Shown here: piece after piece, positions 48,121-59,500 of the stretch
Layout of the letters: each line of letters begins with the position of its first letter
Numbering within the stretch: the stretch's first letter is position 1
Source: an uncultured Nitrososphaerota archaeon
GTDB taxonomy: Archaea > Thermoproteota > Nitrososphaeria > Nitrososphaerales > Gagatemarchaeaceae
NCBI GenBank assembly: GCA_963838925.1
Contig: CAWISW010000003.1
Coordinates: forward strand, 672,001-736,000
Length of the DNA stretch: 64,000 nt
Reading direction: 5' to 3'
Notes under the pieces: generated by a model
Told to the model about the DNA's origin: nothing
Seen by the model: only the letters and a program-made list of their open reading frames with translations
The model's database searches: none
Program-made: the position numbers and the translations under genes

Positions 48121-51100
48121 CTAGCCCTGGACTCTTCTGAAGAACCCGGGCTTCGACTCGAAGATTATCCCTTCCTTGGTTATCTTCTTGATCAGGTTGT
48201 CCACCTCGTCCTCGTTCGCGAACTTGTTGGTCCTCATCAGCTCCTGCTTGAAGACCTTCGCCTCGATAGGCTTCCTGTCCGGGCCCTCCAGCGCCCTCAG
48301 GGTGTCCATCACCGTCGCGAGCTTCCCCCTCTCGCCCGCGGGCTGCCCGAGGAGGATGCCGAAGTCTCCCTTCGTCTTGGTCTCCGTGTCGGTGAGGACG
48401 TCCTCCACCATCTTGTTCATCAGGGAGATTGCGGTGAGCGCGTCGTCCTCGGTGACCTCTTCTCTAAGCATCAGCCTGGCCTTCGCGCTCGCGAGGCGTA
48501 TCAGGGACTCCAGCGTCCTTGGGGTCGCCCCTATCTGCCCCTCGGCGACGCTCCTCCTCAGCTGGAGGTAGTACTCCTTGATTCTGTTCTCCGCCTCCAT
48601 CGTGAGCACCGGCGAGTAGTTCTTCGCGAAGGCGATGTACTTCTTGAGAAGCTCGAACTGTATGGGGGGCGAGTCGACGTACGCCCTCTTCCTGTGGACG
48701 TCGAGGATGTGCGTCGCCAGCTTCTCGTCCTGCCCTGGGATTGGCGTGTCCCTAAGGACGAATATCAGGTCGAACCTCGTCAGCAGCGGGATTGGGAGCG
48801 TGATGTTGTCGATTAAGTTCTGGTAGGGGTTGTATTTGCCTAGGATGGGGTTTGTCGCCGCGAGAATCGCGGTCCTCGCGTTCAGCGTAGCGTATATGCC
48901 TCCCTTGGCGATAGTTACGGTGTTGTGCAGCACGACGCCCGCCGAGGCGAAGTTGTGTCGGGGCTCCACGGTAACGTCATAGACCCATGCGGTCTTCTTC
49001 TCGCCCGCATTGGGGACAATCTCGACGTCGGTCACCCTAAGGAAACGCAACCCCATCATGCCTCTGATGAACTGAACAGTTCCTGTGAGCGATGCGAACC
49101 TTTCAGTAATCGCACGGCGGGTCTTCTCGAGCAGCTCTCGAACTTGCCCTTCACCATATCCTCCGCGCTCGGTGTACTCAATGGTCGACCTCCGCAGGCC
49201 GCACTCGTCAGCGAGCCTCTGCTGCGACCAGCCTGTCAAAGCGCGAAGCCCTTTGACAGTGTCCTCCTCGGGGAGGAGCATGAGAACCTTGTCGCGCCTC
49301 GCTTCTATCTTACCAAGCAGTCGTTCTACGGTGGGTTTGGTGATTCCATCGCCTGACTTTAGGTGGCGCCAGAAGGATCCGTCATAGGTCAGTCCGGCGT
49401 CCTCAAGGAGTTGTATGAGCGTCTTCGCAACGCTTGTCGGGAGCACGTCATGGCTCCTGTTGTTTCTCCGGCTCCTTGCGACTAGCCTCTGGACCTTGGC
49501 GCGTCTAGGGTCCCGCGGGTCCACTACTTTCTGAAGGAAATCTCCCAGACAATCGCCGGTGATGTATACCTTGAAAGAGTCGTTGGACCTGTCGACGTCT
49601 ATTCTGGACGCGATCGCCAATTTGAGGAGAAGGTCCTGATAGTCCTCCGCAAGGCCGCGGGACGCAGTGCGATAGCACACAGCGTCCGTCTCGACACCAC
49701 CATCGCCGAGAAATGCAGTCTTGAGGAATTCGTTGACGAGTGCGACTGATGCCCCGAGAATCTTGGCGGGCGCCCTCTTGCTTCTCGCCTTGCACATCAT
49801 CTCAGGGAAGTTCTCGCCTAACCAAGAATGGAGAGTTGTCGAGACGTACCTAAGTCCGGCCCATCTTCCCTCGGAGATCCTGATTGTTGGCTCGAGGCCA
49901 AACTCCTCGAGCATCAGCTCTCTCATCTCAATCAGTAGCCTCTCGTCCAAGTTCGTGAAGTCGACCTCGACAGACGATCCGACGTAGAAGTTGCCCTCCG
50001 TGACGAGGTACCCGAGTATCCTTGCCGTCTTGAGCGTCAGTACCTCGGGCTGGATGACATCCTTAGACCGCTTAGAACCGGCGACAGCGGTCAATGGGAC
50101 AGCCATCGCGGAGTTAGGAATAATTGTCGGGCCAGGGACGAACGCTCGCACCTTCAGGTTCTCGGCCGAGACCGTCGACATCCCCACCCCATCGAAGGAG
50201 AAGACGGGGTGCTCCGGAGTCACAACAACGGACCTGCCATTGGAGAAACTCACCTTGACGAAGCGGTCTGGCGCCCGGTGGCGACTGAGGTTTGCTATCG
50301 CGGTCTTCTCGACCTTGCCATCAAACAGGTCGACAGAGAATATCTTGTCGGAAGACTTCACTCGGACGATCTCGCAGTCCTTTCCCTCCTCGACCGTGTC
50401 CGGATGCGACCGGATCGCTTCTTCGACGTAGTCTCCTATCTTGACCTTTCCACTTGAAAGCAGAATCTCCGTCGAGGGATGGTAGGACTGCTGCTCCATC
50501 TGCTCGTGCAGGGCGCTCCTGTCCTCGGGCTTCATCTTATCGAACTCGTCGATGCAGGCAATCCCCTGGTCTGCGAGTACCACCACGCCCGCCTCTAGCA
50601 TCAGCGTGTTCTTCTCTCGAATCACGGCCGCGGAGAGGCCGGCCGCCGTCGAGCCCCTTCCAGAGGCGAACATGCCTCTCGGCGCGACCTGCGCGGCGAA
50701 CTTCAGCATCTCGGACTTGGCCACGCCGGGGTCGCCTACCAGGAAGACGTTGATGTCTCCCCTGAGCTTCGTCCCGTCCGGCAGCACCGTCTGCGGCCCG
50801 CCCACCAGCAGGAGGAGGATGGCCTCCTTCACCGCCTCGTGCCCTAGTATCCCGGGCGCCATCGACTTGATGAGCTTGGGGTAGGCGTCCGCGCCGGCTG
50901 CGATGCTCTTGATTATCGCCTCGTCCTCCTTTGTGATGTGTACCTGGCTGGGCTCCTTCCCGACCACCTCGATGTAGTTCGCGTCGATCTTCGAGCGGAA
51001 CGACCTGCTCCTGGGCGTCCCGAACGCGAAGTCCTGCTCCGCCCTTACTATCCCGGTCATGATTGCTCTGTCCCCGGGCCTAGCGGTGTTCACGATGTCG

Positions 51101-51735
51101 CCCTCCACGTCGATGTCGAAGAACCGCGGGAGCTGCCCGGGCGGGAGCTCCTCCGGCAGCTCTTGGACCCTGAGGATCTGGCTGTCGATGAAGCTGCTGT
51201 CCTTTTGGTCGAGCTCGAGGTTCCTAGTCTCGTTGCACGCCTCGCACTTCGCCGGCTTCTTGATGCTCGGGCCCTCCTGCAGGACCCGCGTCGTGTGCCC
51301 GTCCGGGCAGACGAAGGCCGCATCGACGAGGAGCGGCCGGAGCTCGGACGTGCGCACGAGCATCCCCGCGAACGCGATCATCTTGTCGAGATGGGACGTG
51401 TCTACCTTGCGGAGGGGGACCCTGTCCGTCACGCCGCGGAGCCTCACCGTCAGGCTCTTCTTGACCTCGCCCGCGTAGCTGGGGTTCTCCGTGCTGAGCA
51501 CCTCGAAGGCGGCCGACTTGCACTCCTTGAGCGCCCTGTCCGGGTCCTTCAGCATGCTCTCCGCGAGGTCGGTGTTGTAGTGGATCAGGTCCTCGTAGTC
51601 GACGATGACCGACTTCCTGCCGGACGCGGCGAGCTGGGCCAGGATCACCTGGTACTTCCGCTCGCCGTCCTTGTCCTCGAAGCCTCTGAGGAACTCCTCG
51701 AAGAGCTCCGACAACCCCCTCGATATTACTGCCAT
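48121..51735 (-). CDS. mcm: MCM replicative helicase containing one intein
   Basis: GDPGVAKS, IDEFDKM, HEQMEQQ|intein|TVTIAKGG and LLTRFDL motifs; extein ~682 aa. Confidence 0.96.
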   Translation of the reverse strand: MAVISRGLSELFEEFLRGFEDKDGERKYQVILAQLAASGRKSVIVDYEDLIHYNTDLAESMLKDPDRALKECKSAAFEVLSTENPSYAGEVKKSLTVRLRGVTDRVPLRKVDTSHLDKMIAFAGMLVRTSELRPLLVDAAFVCPDGHTTRVLQEGPSIKKPAKCEACNETRNLELDQKDSSFIDSQILRVQELPEELPPGQLPRFFDIDVEGDIVNTARPGDRAIMTGIVRAEQDFAFGTPRSRSFRSKIDANYIEVVGKEPSQVHITKEDEAIIKSIAAGADAYPKLIKSMAPGILGHEAVKEAILLLLVGGPQTVLPDGTKLRGDINVFLVGDPGVAKSEMLKFAAQVAPRGMFASGRGSTAAGLSAAVIREKNTLMLEAGVVVLADQGIACIDEFDKMKPEDRSALHEQMEQQSYHPSTEILLSSGKVKIGDYVEEAIRSHPDTVEEGKDCEIVRVKSSDKIFSVDLFDGKVEKTAIANLSRHRAPDRFVKVSFSNGRSVVVTPEHPVFSFDGVGMSTVSAENLKVRAFVPGPTIIPNSAMAVPLTAVAGSKRSKDVIQPEVLTLKTARILGYLVTEGNFYVGSSVEVDFTNLDERLLIEMRELMLEEFGLEPTIRISEGRWAGLRYVSTTLHSWLGENFPEMMCKARSKRAPAKILGASVALVNEFLKTAFLGDGGVETDAVCYRTASRGLAEDYQDLLLKLAIASRIDVDRSNDSFKVYITGDCLGDFLQKVVDPRDPRRAKVQRLVARSRRNNRSHDVLPTSVAKTLIQLLEDAGLTYDGSFWRHLKSGDGITKPTVERLLGKIEARRDKVLMLLPEEDTVKGLRALTGWSQQRLADECGLRRSTIEYTERGGYGEGQVRELLEKTRRAITERFASLTGTVQFIRGMMGLRFLRVTDVEIVPNAGEKKTAWVYDVTVEPRHNFASAGVVLHNTVTIAKGGIYATLNARTAILAATNPILGKYNPYQNLIDNITLPIPLLTRFDLIFVLRDTPIPGQDEKLATHILDVHRKRAYVDSPPIQFELLKKYIAFAKNYSPVLTMEAENRIKEYYLQLRRSVAEGQIGATPRTLESLIRLASAKARLMLREEVTEDDALTAISLMNKMVEDVLTDTETKTKGDFGILLGQPAGERGKLATVMDTLRALEGPDRKPIEAKVFKQELMRTNKFANEDEVDNLIKKITKEGIIFESKPGFFRRVQG
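48922..50487 (-). mobile_element. Intein (522 aa) with LAGLIDADG homing endonuclease and XRE-HTH insert
   Basis: Starts SYHPSTE, block B VTPEHP, LGYLVTEG / FLKTAFLGDG, ends VYDVTV...VLHN|T; lower GC than flanks. Confidence 0.93.
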
Positions 51736-51739
51736 GGTG

Positions 51740-52297
51740 CTATTGGTCTCCCAGAAGCGCTTTCTTCCAAGCTGCGGATATGGAACTAGACATGGTGAAG
51801 AACGCCTTCTCCTCTGGCGTGATCCTGTCGGCGATGGTCTGGACGCTGGCCGAGGAGCTCATCGAGAGGAGCTTGCTCAGCCTCCTGCCTATCAGGTCGT
51901 AGCTCGTCGTCTTCAGCTTCTCATAGTCCTCGCGCTTGTACTTCCCCCTCTCCACTCCCACGCGGACCGCCGCTAGCCGTCTGCGCATCCGGATGTAGAA
52001 GTTGGCCTCTAGGGGCGAGAGCTGGGGAGACGTGAGAATCTTTTCCCTCGTGAGCGCCTTGAATATCTCGACGTCGAACGACTCCTCCTGCATCTCGGCG
52101 AGCTCGAGCGCCACGAGCTCCTCGGCGACCCATCGGGGCATCTCGATCCGCTCCCCCTCCTTCGCCTTGTTCAGGACGAGGTCCCCGACCTCCATCTGCT
52201 CGGTCGAGGTCTTCATGGTAACCCTCACGGGCGCGAGAAGGAACTCCCTCTCCCTTTGCTCGAATATCTTCGCTACCTCTGTTCCGGGGTCCTCCAA
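51740..52297 (-). CDS. GINS complex subunit (Gins23/Psf2-like)
   Basis: MPRWVAEEL, LEANFY and ITPEEK motifs; directly upstream of mcm. Confidence 0.9.
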   Translation of the reverse strand: MEDPGTEVAKIFEQREREFLLAPVRVTMKTSTEQMEVGDLVLNKAKEGERIEMPRWVAEELVALELAEMQEESFDVEIFKALTREKILTSPQLSPLEANFYIRMRRRLAAVRVGVERGKYKREDYEKLKTTSYDLIGRRLSKLLSMSSSASVQTIADRITPEEKAFFTMSSSISAAWKKALLGDQ

Positions 52298-52376
52298 TAG
52301 AAAATCAACAACTCCTTTCTGTGTTATGGGGACTGCCGAACAAACAATCCCGCATAATTAAGTCTATGCGCGACTT

Positions 52377-53357
52377 TTAGAGTTCCGACCACTTTCCGAT
52401 GCCCATTCTCAGCGCTCGGCGATAGGCTAGCCATCCAGCGGCGTTGTCTTCGAAAGCCAGGCCCACGCACTTGAAGAACGTGACCTCTGTCCTGGATGTC
52501 CGCCCGCGCCTCTTCCCGCCCACGAGCTCGGACAGCTCGGCCTTGATCGCTCTCTTGGACACCCTCCCCTCCTTGATCGGTATCAGCAGGTCGCCCGCCT
52601 CCTCGAGGACCGCCTCCTTCGAGTCGACGAAGATAGACGCCCGAGACACAAAGTCAGAGTCCACCTCGCGGGCCTCCGGCCTGTACGAGCCCATCGCGAT
52701 GACATGGGTCCCGTCATCGACGGCCGACCCTTTGAAGACCGGGGTCTTCGAGGTCGTGGCGGTTACCAGCACGTCGCTCCCGCGGACGCACGTCTCGACC
52801 TTCTCGACGACCTGGGCCTCCACTCTGAGCGAATCAGAGCACCTCCTCGCCAGAGCCTTGCTACCGGCGGGGTCCATGGAGAATATCCTGACCTTGCTTA
52901 TCGAGCGGAGCTCGGACACGACGCCGTTGACCTGCTGAAAAGCCATGCCCCCGGCGCCGACTATCCCGAGCGTCTTGGCATCCTTCCTCGCGAGGTACCT
53001 GCAGGAGAGCCCGGAGACCGCGCCCGTCCTTATCGCCGTAAGGACGCCACCCGAGAGCATGCCCTTAGGTTCGCCAGTCTCTCCGTCGATCAGGATGGTG
53101 ACCGCGTTGATCGATGGCACGCCTCCCTTGTTGTGCGGGAAGACGCTCACAACCTTCACGCTCCCCTCGGACTCTTTCCTCATCGCCATTGAGGGCATCA
53201 CCAGCACGTCGCCTGAAGGGGCGGAGAGCCTAGACCTCAGCGGGCTCTGAAACCCTCCTTTCGCTTGAAGCGAAAACGCGCGCGACATCTCATCGATGCA
53301 CTCTCTCATAGGGCACGCTGAAGCGACTTCGTCTGCGTCGAGAAGGAGTATCTTCAA
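52377..53357 (-). CDS. Ornithine cyclodeaminase / mu-crystallin family protein
   Basis: LTAIRTGA, GAGGMA, TATTS and FKCVGLAFED motifs. Confidence 0.9.
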   Translation of the reverse strand: MKILLLDADEVASACPMRECIDEMSRAFSLQAKGGFQSPLRSRLSAPSGDVLVMPSMAMRKESEGSVKVVSVFPHNKGGVPSINAVTILIDGETGEPKGMLSGGVLTAIRTGAVSGLSCRYLARKDAKTLGIVGAGGMAFQQVNGVVSELRSISKVRIFSMDPAGSKALARRCSDSLRVEAQVVEKVETCVRGSDVLVTATTSKTPVFKGSAVDDGTHVIAMGSYRPEAREVDSDFVSRASIFVDSKEAVLEEAGDLLIPIKEGRVSKRAIKAELSELVGGKRRGRTSRTEVTFFKCVGLAFEDNAAGWLAYRRALRMGIGKWSEL

Positions 53358-53450
53358 AGGCTACTGTCGCCCCTCCCGCCCCGCCCCCTTTCTTTTCCTT
53401 TCTCTAGTGAGGCTCGAGGGTTCGGGGGGCCAGGTCTATCGGCGTGCGCG

Positions 53451-54122
53451 TCATTTGGGCGCAGGAGCCGCGACCGGAGCAGCACGCGCAGCGGGCTTCC
53501 TGCGACCTCTGGACCTCAGGAGGAACCCCATGAGCGCCACGACCACCACCACCGCCACGACTATCGGAAGCACGCTCCCCAAGCTCACGCCGCTGTTAGC
53601 GCCGGTGTTGGGTTGGCTGGATGACGTCGAGACGGTCGGCGTGCTCGTGGTGCTGGTGGTGGCTACCGCGGTGTACTCGAAGGTGGAGCTGAAGGTCGTG
53701 GGGGCCGCCGTGCTGTCGGCCACCGCCGCGGTGACGAGGACGCTGTACGTACCGGTGACGTTCCACGCCGGCCCTCCAGCTGGGAACGACGTCGTGAAGC
53801 TAGAGTTCTGCGCTGGACCAACGCTGTTCGCCGCCACGACCGCGCCCTTCGGCTGGAGTATCTGGACAAGGATGCCCGAGGCGAAGGAAGGCGCGACCCC
53901 GCTCACGAACACCGTCGTGTTCCCGGTATAGCTCGACTGGCTAGTCGTGACAAAGTATCCCGCGCTCGACGTCGTCGAAGTTGTCGTCGCACCGTAGGCG
54001 ACGGTCCCGTGACTGACGAGGGCGAGCGAGACTCCAGCAAACAGCGCGAGCACTAGCACGACCCGCAGCCTCGTCGTGGTGGGTCCGCGACCTGTGGCAC
54101 TCAATGTAATCGCTCTCAACAC
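53451..54122 (-). CDS. Cell-surface protein with signal peptide, Ig-like domain, S/T linker and C-terminal TM
   Basis: Hydrophobic N- and C-termini, Thr-rich linker; start uncertain. Confidence 0.7.
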   Translation of the reverse strand: MLRAITLSATGRGPTTTRLRVVLVLALFAGVSLALVSHGTVAYGATTTSTTSSAGYFVTTSQSSYTGNTTVFVSGVAPSFASGILVQILQPKGAVVAANSVGPAQNSSFTTSFPAGGPAWNVTGTYSVLVTAAVADSTAAPTTFSSTFEYTAVATTSTTSTPTVSTSSSQPNTGANSGVSLGSVLPIVVAVVVVVALMGFLLRSRGRRKPAARAAPVAAPAPK

Positions 54123-54241
54123 TACTCGCTCCGTAGGTGTCCCCTCAGAGCCCGTCTCTCGTTATAAAAGTTGCCGAGGAGCGGCGCGACCGAACTCCAC
54201 GGATATATAGTCTGGAAGCGCCCGCGGGGTCAGCCAGTCTC

Positions 54242-55216
54242 ATGTCTCTCGAGTCTCTTATGTGGGTTGAGAAGTACAGGCCCCACAAGATCGACGACCT
54301 GGTGAACCAGGAAGAGGTGAAGGAGCGCCTCAAGCCGCTCCTCCTGAACAAGAGCGAGCTCCCGCACCTCCTCTTCGCCGGCCCCCCGGGCTCTGGGAAG
54401 ACGACCACGGCGCTCGTCCTTGCGCGGGAGCTCCTCGGGGAACTCGCCCGCGACTACACCCTCTCAATGAACGCGAGCGACGAGAGGGGGATCGACGCGG
54501 TCAGGGACAGGATCAAGAACTTCGCGAGCTACTCCGACAGGAGGGAGGGCGTGCCCTTCAGGCTCGTCATACTCGACGAGGCCGACGAGATGACCAAGGA
54601 CGCCCAGACCGCTCTAAGGCGCATCATGGAAGAGACGTCGCGGAACGCCCGATTCATCCTGATCTGCAACTACTCTTCGAACCTCATCGAGCCCATCCAG
54701 AGCCGCTGCGCGATCTTCCGGTTCAAGAGGATAGGGCCGGAAGAGGTCACCGCCCGCCTCAAGAGGATCGCAAAGGCCGAGGAAGTGAAAGTTGGGGAGA
54801 AGGTGCTCGACGCGATCAGCGCGACCGTCGACGGGGACCTGAGGCAGGCCATCAACCTCCTCCAGGCCGCTTCTGCGGGAGGGACGGAGGTCACGCTCGA
54901 GAAGGTGAACGCTGTCACCGGGACCAGCGTGAAGGTGAGGGCCGCCGAGATCATAAAGACCGCGCTGGGCGGGGACTTTTCCGGGGCCAGGCTGAAGCTC
55001 ATCGAGCTGACCCGTGTCTACGGCATCCCCGAATCCGACTTCCTGCGCTTCGCGAACGAGGAGATAGCGAAGGGCGAAGGAGAGAACACGGCCGAGGCGA
55101 TAAAGATACTCGCAGAGTACGACTACCGGCTCGCCATGGGGGCGAACCCCGAGGTCCAGATCACCGCGCTGCTGGCCGAGCTAGCGGCGCTCCATGCTGG
55201 CGGAAGGAAGGGCTAG
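54242..55216 (+). CDS. rfcS: Replication factor C small subunit
   Basis: WVEKYRP, GPPGSGKT, NASDERGID, LDEAD and IQSRC motifs. Confidence 0.95.
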   Translation: MSLESLMWVEKYRPHKIDDLVNQEEVKERLKPLLLNKSELPHLLFAGPPGSGKTTTALVLARELLGELARDYTLSMNASDERGIDAVRDRIKNFASYSDRREGVPFRLVILDEADEMTKDAQTALRRIMEETSRNARFILICNYSSNLIEPIQSRCAIFRFKRIGPEEVTARLKRIAKAEEVKVGEKVLDAISATVDGDLRQAINLLQAASAGGTEVTLEKVNAVTGTSVKVRAAEIIKTALGGDFSGARLKLIELTRVYGIPESDFLRFANEEIAKGEGENTAEAIKILAEYDYRLAMGANPEVQITALLAELAALHAGGRKG

Positions 55217-56500
55217 ATGGACCTCTCCCAGCCCCGCGGGATCCGGGACATCGAGCCGGACGAGTTCGACCAGCACCTCAAGATCCGTCGCGCGTTCGAG
55301 GAGGTCTCCCACGCCTACAACTTCAGGCTGATGGAGCCCGGCCCCCTCGAGAGCCTGACCGTACTCAGGGCGAAGAGCGGTACCCAGGTGGACGACCAGA
55401 TCTACGCCTTCAAGGACAAGGCCGACCGCGACCTCGGCCTCAGGTTCGACCTGACCGTGGGCATGACGCGAAACGTCTCGTCGAAGAAGGGGCTGAAGCC
55501 CCCCATCAAGCTCGCCTCCTACGGAGGCGTCTGGCGCTACGACGAGCCGCAGCACGCGAGGTACAGGTGGTTCTACCAGTGGGACGTGGAAATCTTCGGG
55601 GACCCGAGCGTCGAGGCCGACGCCGAGGTAATGGACCTGTGCTACAACCTCTTCAAGAAGGTCGGGCTCCAGGACTTCTCCCTCGAGGTGGGGGACCGCC
55701 GCGTCGTGGAGGAGTACATCAGGCAGTCCATGGGCGTCTCCTCGGACGAGAAGATGATCGAGATGATGAGGGCCCTCGACAAGGTCCAGAAGAAGACCGA
55801 GGCGGAGCTTGCCGAGGAGTACGCGCGTAAGGGCGTGAGCAGGGAGGCGATGGCCGAGCTCCTGAAGTTCGGGAGGACGAGGGGCGCCCCGGACGAGGTC
55901 TGCGGGCGTCTCGAGGAGCTGAACCTCGCCTCCACGGCTGGAGGGGGGCTTGTCGCACTTCGCGACTCGCTAAAGTCGAGGGGCGTCAAGGATGTGGAGT
56001 ACAACCTGAGCATCGTGAGGGGCCTCGACTACTACACGGGGATCGTCTTCGAGGTGGTGGACCGGATGCACCCCGACCTCGGCTCCCTTTGCGGCGGGGG
56101 CAGGTACGACGTCCTCCCGAAGCTCTTCGGCAGGCCCGACCTCCCGGCGACCGGGGCGGCGGGCGGAGTCGAGCGCATCGCCCTCTCAATGGGGAAGGCG
56201 GGCGCAGCATCCGAGCGCGACCCATCGGTCTACGTGGCCTACACCGAGCCCGCCCTCGCGGAGAGGGCGCTGACCACCGTCTCCTCGCTGAGGGGCGGGG
56301 GGATGCGCAGCGAGCTGGGGACCAGGGGGAAGAGCCTGGGCAAGCAGCTCGAAGACGCGAGCTCGAGGGGCTTCGCCTGGGTCGTGATAATCGGGAAGAG
56401 GGAGCTGGAGTCAGGGGAGCTGACGCTGAGGAACATGAGCACCCGCGCCGAAGAGAGGGTCCCGATAGACGGACTCCTCGCCCGCCTCAGCAGGGCCTGA
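55217..56500 (+). CDS. hisS: Histidine--tRNA ligase
   Basis: PRGIRD, LRFDLT, RGLDYYTG and GGGRYD motifs. Confidence 0.95.
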   Translation: MDLSQPRGIRDIEPDEFDQHLKIRRAFEEVSHAYNFRLMEPGPLESLTVLRAKSGTQVDDQIYAFKDKADRDLGLRFDLTVGMTRNVSSKKGLKPPIKLASYGGVWRYDEPQHARYRWFYQWDVEIFGDPSVEADAEVMDLCYNLFKKVGLQDFSLEVGDRRVVEEYIRQSMGVSSDEKMIEMMRALDKVQKKTEAELAEEYARKGVSREAMAELLKFGRTRGAPDEVCGRLEELNLASTAGGGLVALRDSLKSRGVKDVEYNLSIVRGLDYYTGIVFEVVDRMHPDLGSLCGGGRYDVLPKLFGRPDLPATGAAGGVERIALSMGKAGAASERDPSVYVAYTEPALAERALTTVSSLRGGGMRSELGTRGKSLGKQLEDASSRGFAWVVIIGKRELESGELTLRNMSTRAEERVPIDGLLARLSRA

Positions 56501-56502
56501 AC

Positions 56503-59500
56503 TCAGCTCAGCGCCTTGAGGGGCGACTTTACGCAGAGCAGGACCGCCCTTCCCTCCTCCACCGTCGTGAGGAACGGCACCTGGAGCTCCACCGCCTTGC
56601 GCCTGACCTTGTAGAGGTCCTTCCTCATCTTGTTGAGGTTGGTGTTGAGCGAGAGTATCAAGGCGACCTTGCCCTTGCCGATCATGTCGAGCATCGAGTC
56701 GAGCGACTCCACCTTCGTCCCTTCCCCGAGGAACGGGGCGAGCGAGTCGATGGTCACGAAGGCAATCCCCGCCTTCTTGAACCCCTCGACGAGGGCTTTC
56801 GCCTCGCCTAGCTCCGAGTTCTCGTCCGCGAGGATTATCCCCGTATCCCCCTTCGAGGGGATCTTGAGGCCAGACGCGATGAGGGCCCTGCTCATGGCCT
56901 CCGCTAGGGTGTCGCCGAAGCACGCCACCTCTCCGGTGGAGCGCATCTCCACCCCGACCGTCGGCTCCGCCCCCTCCATCTGCATGAACGAGAACTGGGG
57001 CGCCTTCACAGCGAACTGCTTGGGCTCAGGGACGTCCCCCATCCCCTCGAGCGTCCCGCCAAGGATGACTGAGGCGGCGAGCTTGACGAGGTTCGTCCCC
57101 GTCGACTTGGACACGAAGGGCAGGGACCTCGAGGCCCTGAGGTTGCACTCGATCACCTCCACGTCGTCCTTCACGCACAGGTACTGGATGTTGAAAGGGC
57201 CCTTGACGCCCAGCTCCTTGGCGATGGCCCGGGTGTAGTCGCGTATCTTCGCCTTCGCGGCCTTGCTGACCGAGACGGTTGGTATCGTCATTATCGCGTC
57301 CCCCGAGTGGACCCCCGCCTTCTGCACGTGCTCCATTATCGCGCCGATGACCGTCGTCTCTCCGTCCGAGACCCCGTCCACCTCGACCTCCTTCGCGTCC
57401 TCCATGAACTTGCTTATGGTGACGGGGTAGTTCGGGTTGACCTCGGCGGCCCTCACCAGGAAGCTCTCCAGCTCCCTGCTCCCCCAGATCACCCTCATCG
57501 CCGACCCGCTGAGCACGTGCGACGGCCTCACTATCACCGGGTAGCCCACCCTGTCGCAGAACTCCCGCGCCTGCTTCATCGACCTGAAGCTCCCCCACGC
57601 GGGCTGTGGGATCCCTATCTTGTCGAGCAGGAACGCGAACCTCTCCCTGTCCTCAGCCCTCTCTATCGAGTCGGCGGTCGTGCCCATCACGTTCACGCCC
57701 TCCTTGTCGAGCTCTAGCGCGAGGTCGTTCGGGGTCTGCCCCCCGACGCAGAGGACCGCGCCCATGGGCTTCTCCCTCTCGTAGATGGAGAGCACCCGCT
57801 CCGCGGTCAGCTCCTCGAAGTAGAGCCTGTCGCTCATGTCGAAGTCCGTGGAGACCGTCTCCGGGTTGCAGTTGACGACTATGACCTCGTCGACCTTCCC
57901 GCTCTCCTTGAGCGCCCACGCCATGTTCATGGTCCCCCAGTCGAACTCGACGGAGCTCCCTATCCTGTAGGGCCCCGCCCCGAGCACCATCACCTTCCTC
58001 TTGTCGCTCGGCTTGGCGTCGTCTGTGGAGCCGTTGTAGGTCACGTAGAGGTAGTTCGTCCGGGCGGGCCACTCGGCCGCAAGCGTGTCTATTGCCTTCA
58101 CCTTGGGGGTTATCCCCATCCTCTCCCTCATCGCGCGGACGTCGTCCTCGTCGATCTCTACAGCGTTGGCGACCTGCTTGTCTGAGAAGCCGAGCCGCTT
58201 GGCCTCCCGGAGGACCTCCGGGTCGCGGTCCACGCCCTCCCTCCCGCTGAGCTCTACCCTGCGGTAGGCGTCCACGATGTTCTTGAGCTTGCTGACGAAC
58301 CAGGGGTCGATGACGCTGAGCCTCGCGACCTCCTCCTCGGGGATCCCGACCATCAGGGCCTCGACCACGTCGAAGATTATCTGGTCGGTGGGGTTCCTCA
58401 GCCTGGACTTTAGCACCTCCAGGTCGTCCTCCTCGAGGAGGCGCCGTATCACCCCGTCGTACCTTATGTTGAGCATCCTCGCCGCCTTCTGGATGGTCTC
58501 TTCGAAGCCGCGGCCGATCGCCATGACCTCGCCTATCGACTTCATCGCCGTCCCTATCCCCCTCGACGCCCCCTCGAACTTCTTCGTGTCCCACCTCGGC
58601 ATCTTCAGGACGACGTAGTCGAGCGATGGCTCGAACATGGCGGTCGTCACGCCCGTGACCTTGTTCTTCAACTCCGTGAGGGAGTACCCGAGGCATATCT
58701 TGGCCGCGATGTACGCGATCGGGTAACCCGTCGCCTTCGACGCGAGGGCAGACGACCTCGAGAGCCTCGCGTTGATCTCGATCGCGCGGTACGTCTCCGA
58801 CTTGGGGTCGAGGGCGAACTGCATGTTGCACTCCCCTACTATCTCGCACCTCCTTGCGGCCTTGAGCGAGAGCGACCTGAGCATGTGGTACTCCCGGTTT
58901 GTTATCGTCTGCGAGGGCGCGACGACGATGTTGTCCCCAGTGTGGACCCTCATGCCGAGGACGTTCTCCATGTTGCAGACTATCTGCCCGTTGTCGTCCG
59001 CATCGCGCATCACCTCGTACTCTATCTGCTTCCAGTGGCCGATGTACTCCTCGATGAGGACCTGGTGAGCCATGCTGAGGTTGAGCCCCCTCTGGACGAT
59101 GTCGTCGAGCTCCCTCTCGTTCCGCGCGACCCCCCCTCCCCTTCCGCCGAGGGTGTACGCGACCCTCATTATCACGGGGAACCCTATCTCCTTCACCACG
59201 GCGCGCGCCTCCTCCACCGAGTAGGCCGGCTTGCTCTTCGGGCAGGCGATCCCTATCCCGAGCATGGCCTCCTTGAAGAGTTCGCGGTCCTCCGTCACCT
59301 CTATGCCCTTGATCTGGGTGCCGAGCACCCTCACCCCGTACTTCGAGAGGGCGCCGAGCCGAGAGAGCCCCACCCCGCAGTTGAGGGCGGTCTGCCCACC
59401 GAACCCGAGCATGATCGCGTCGGGCCTCTCCTTCTCGATCACGTCGGTGACGAACTCGGGGTTGACCGGCAGGAAGTGGATCTTGTCCGCCATCTTGTCG

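Noticed and set aside
56503-59493. carB as a 996-aa N-truncated gene or pseudogene, as given in the ORF track
   Set aside because: The conserved N-terminus is present upstream in frame and is restored exactly by BHB excision
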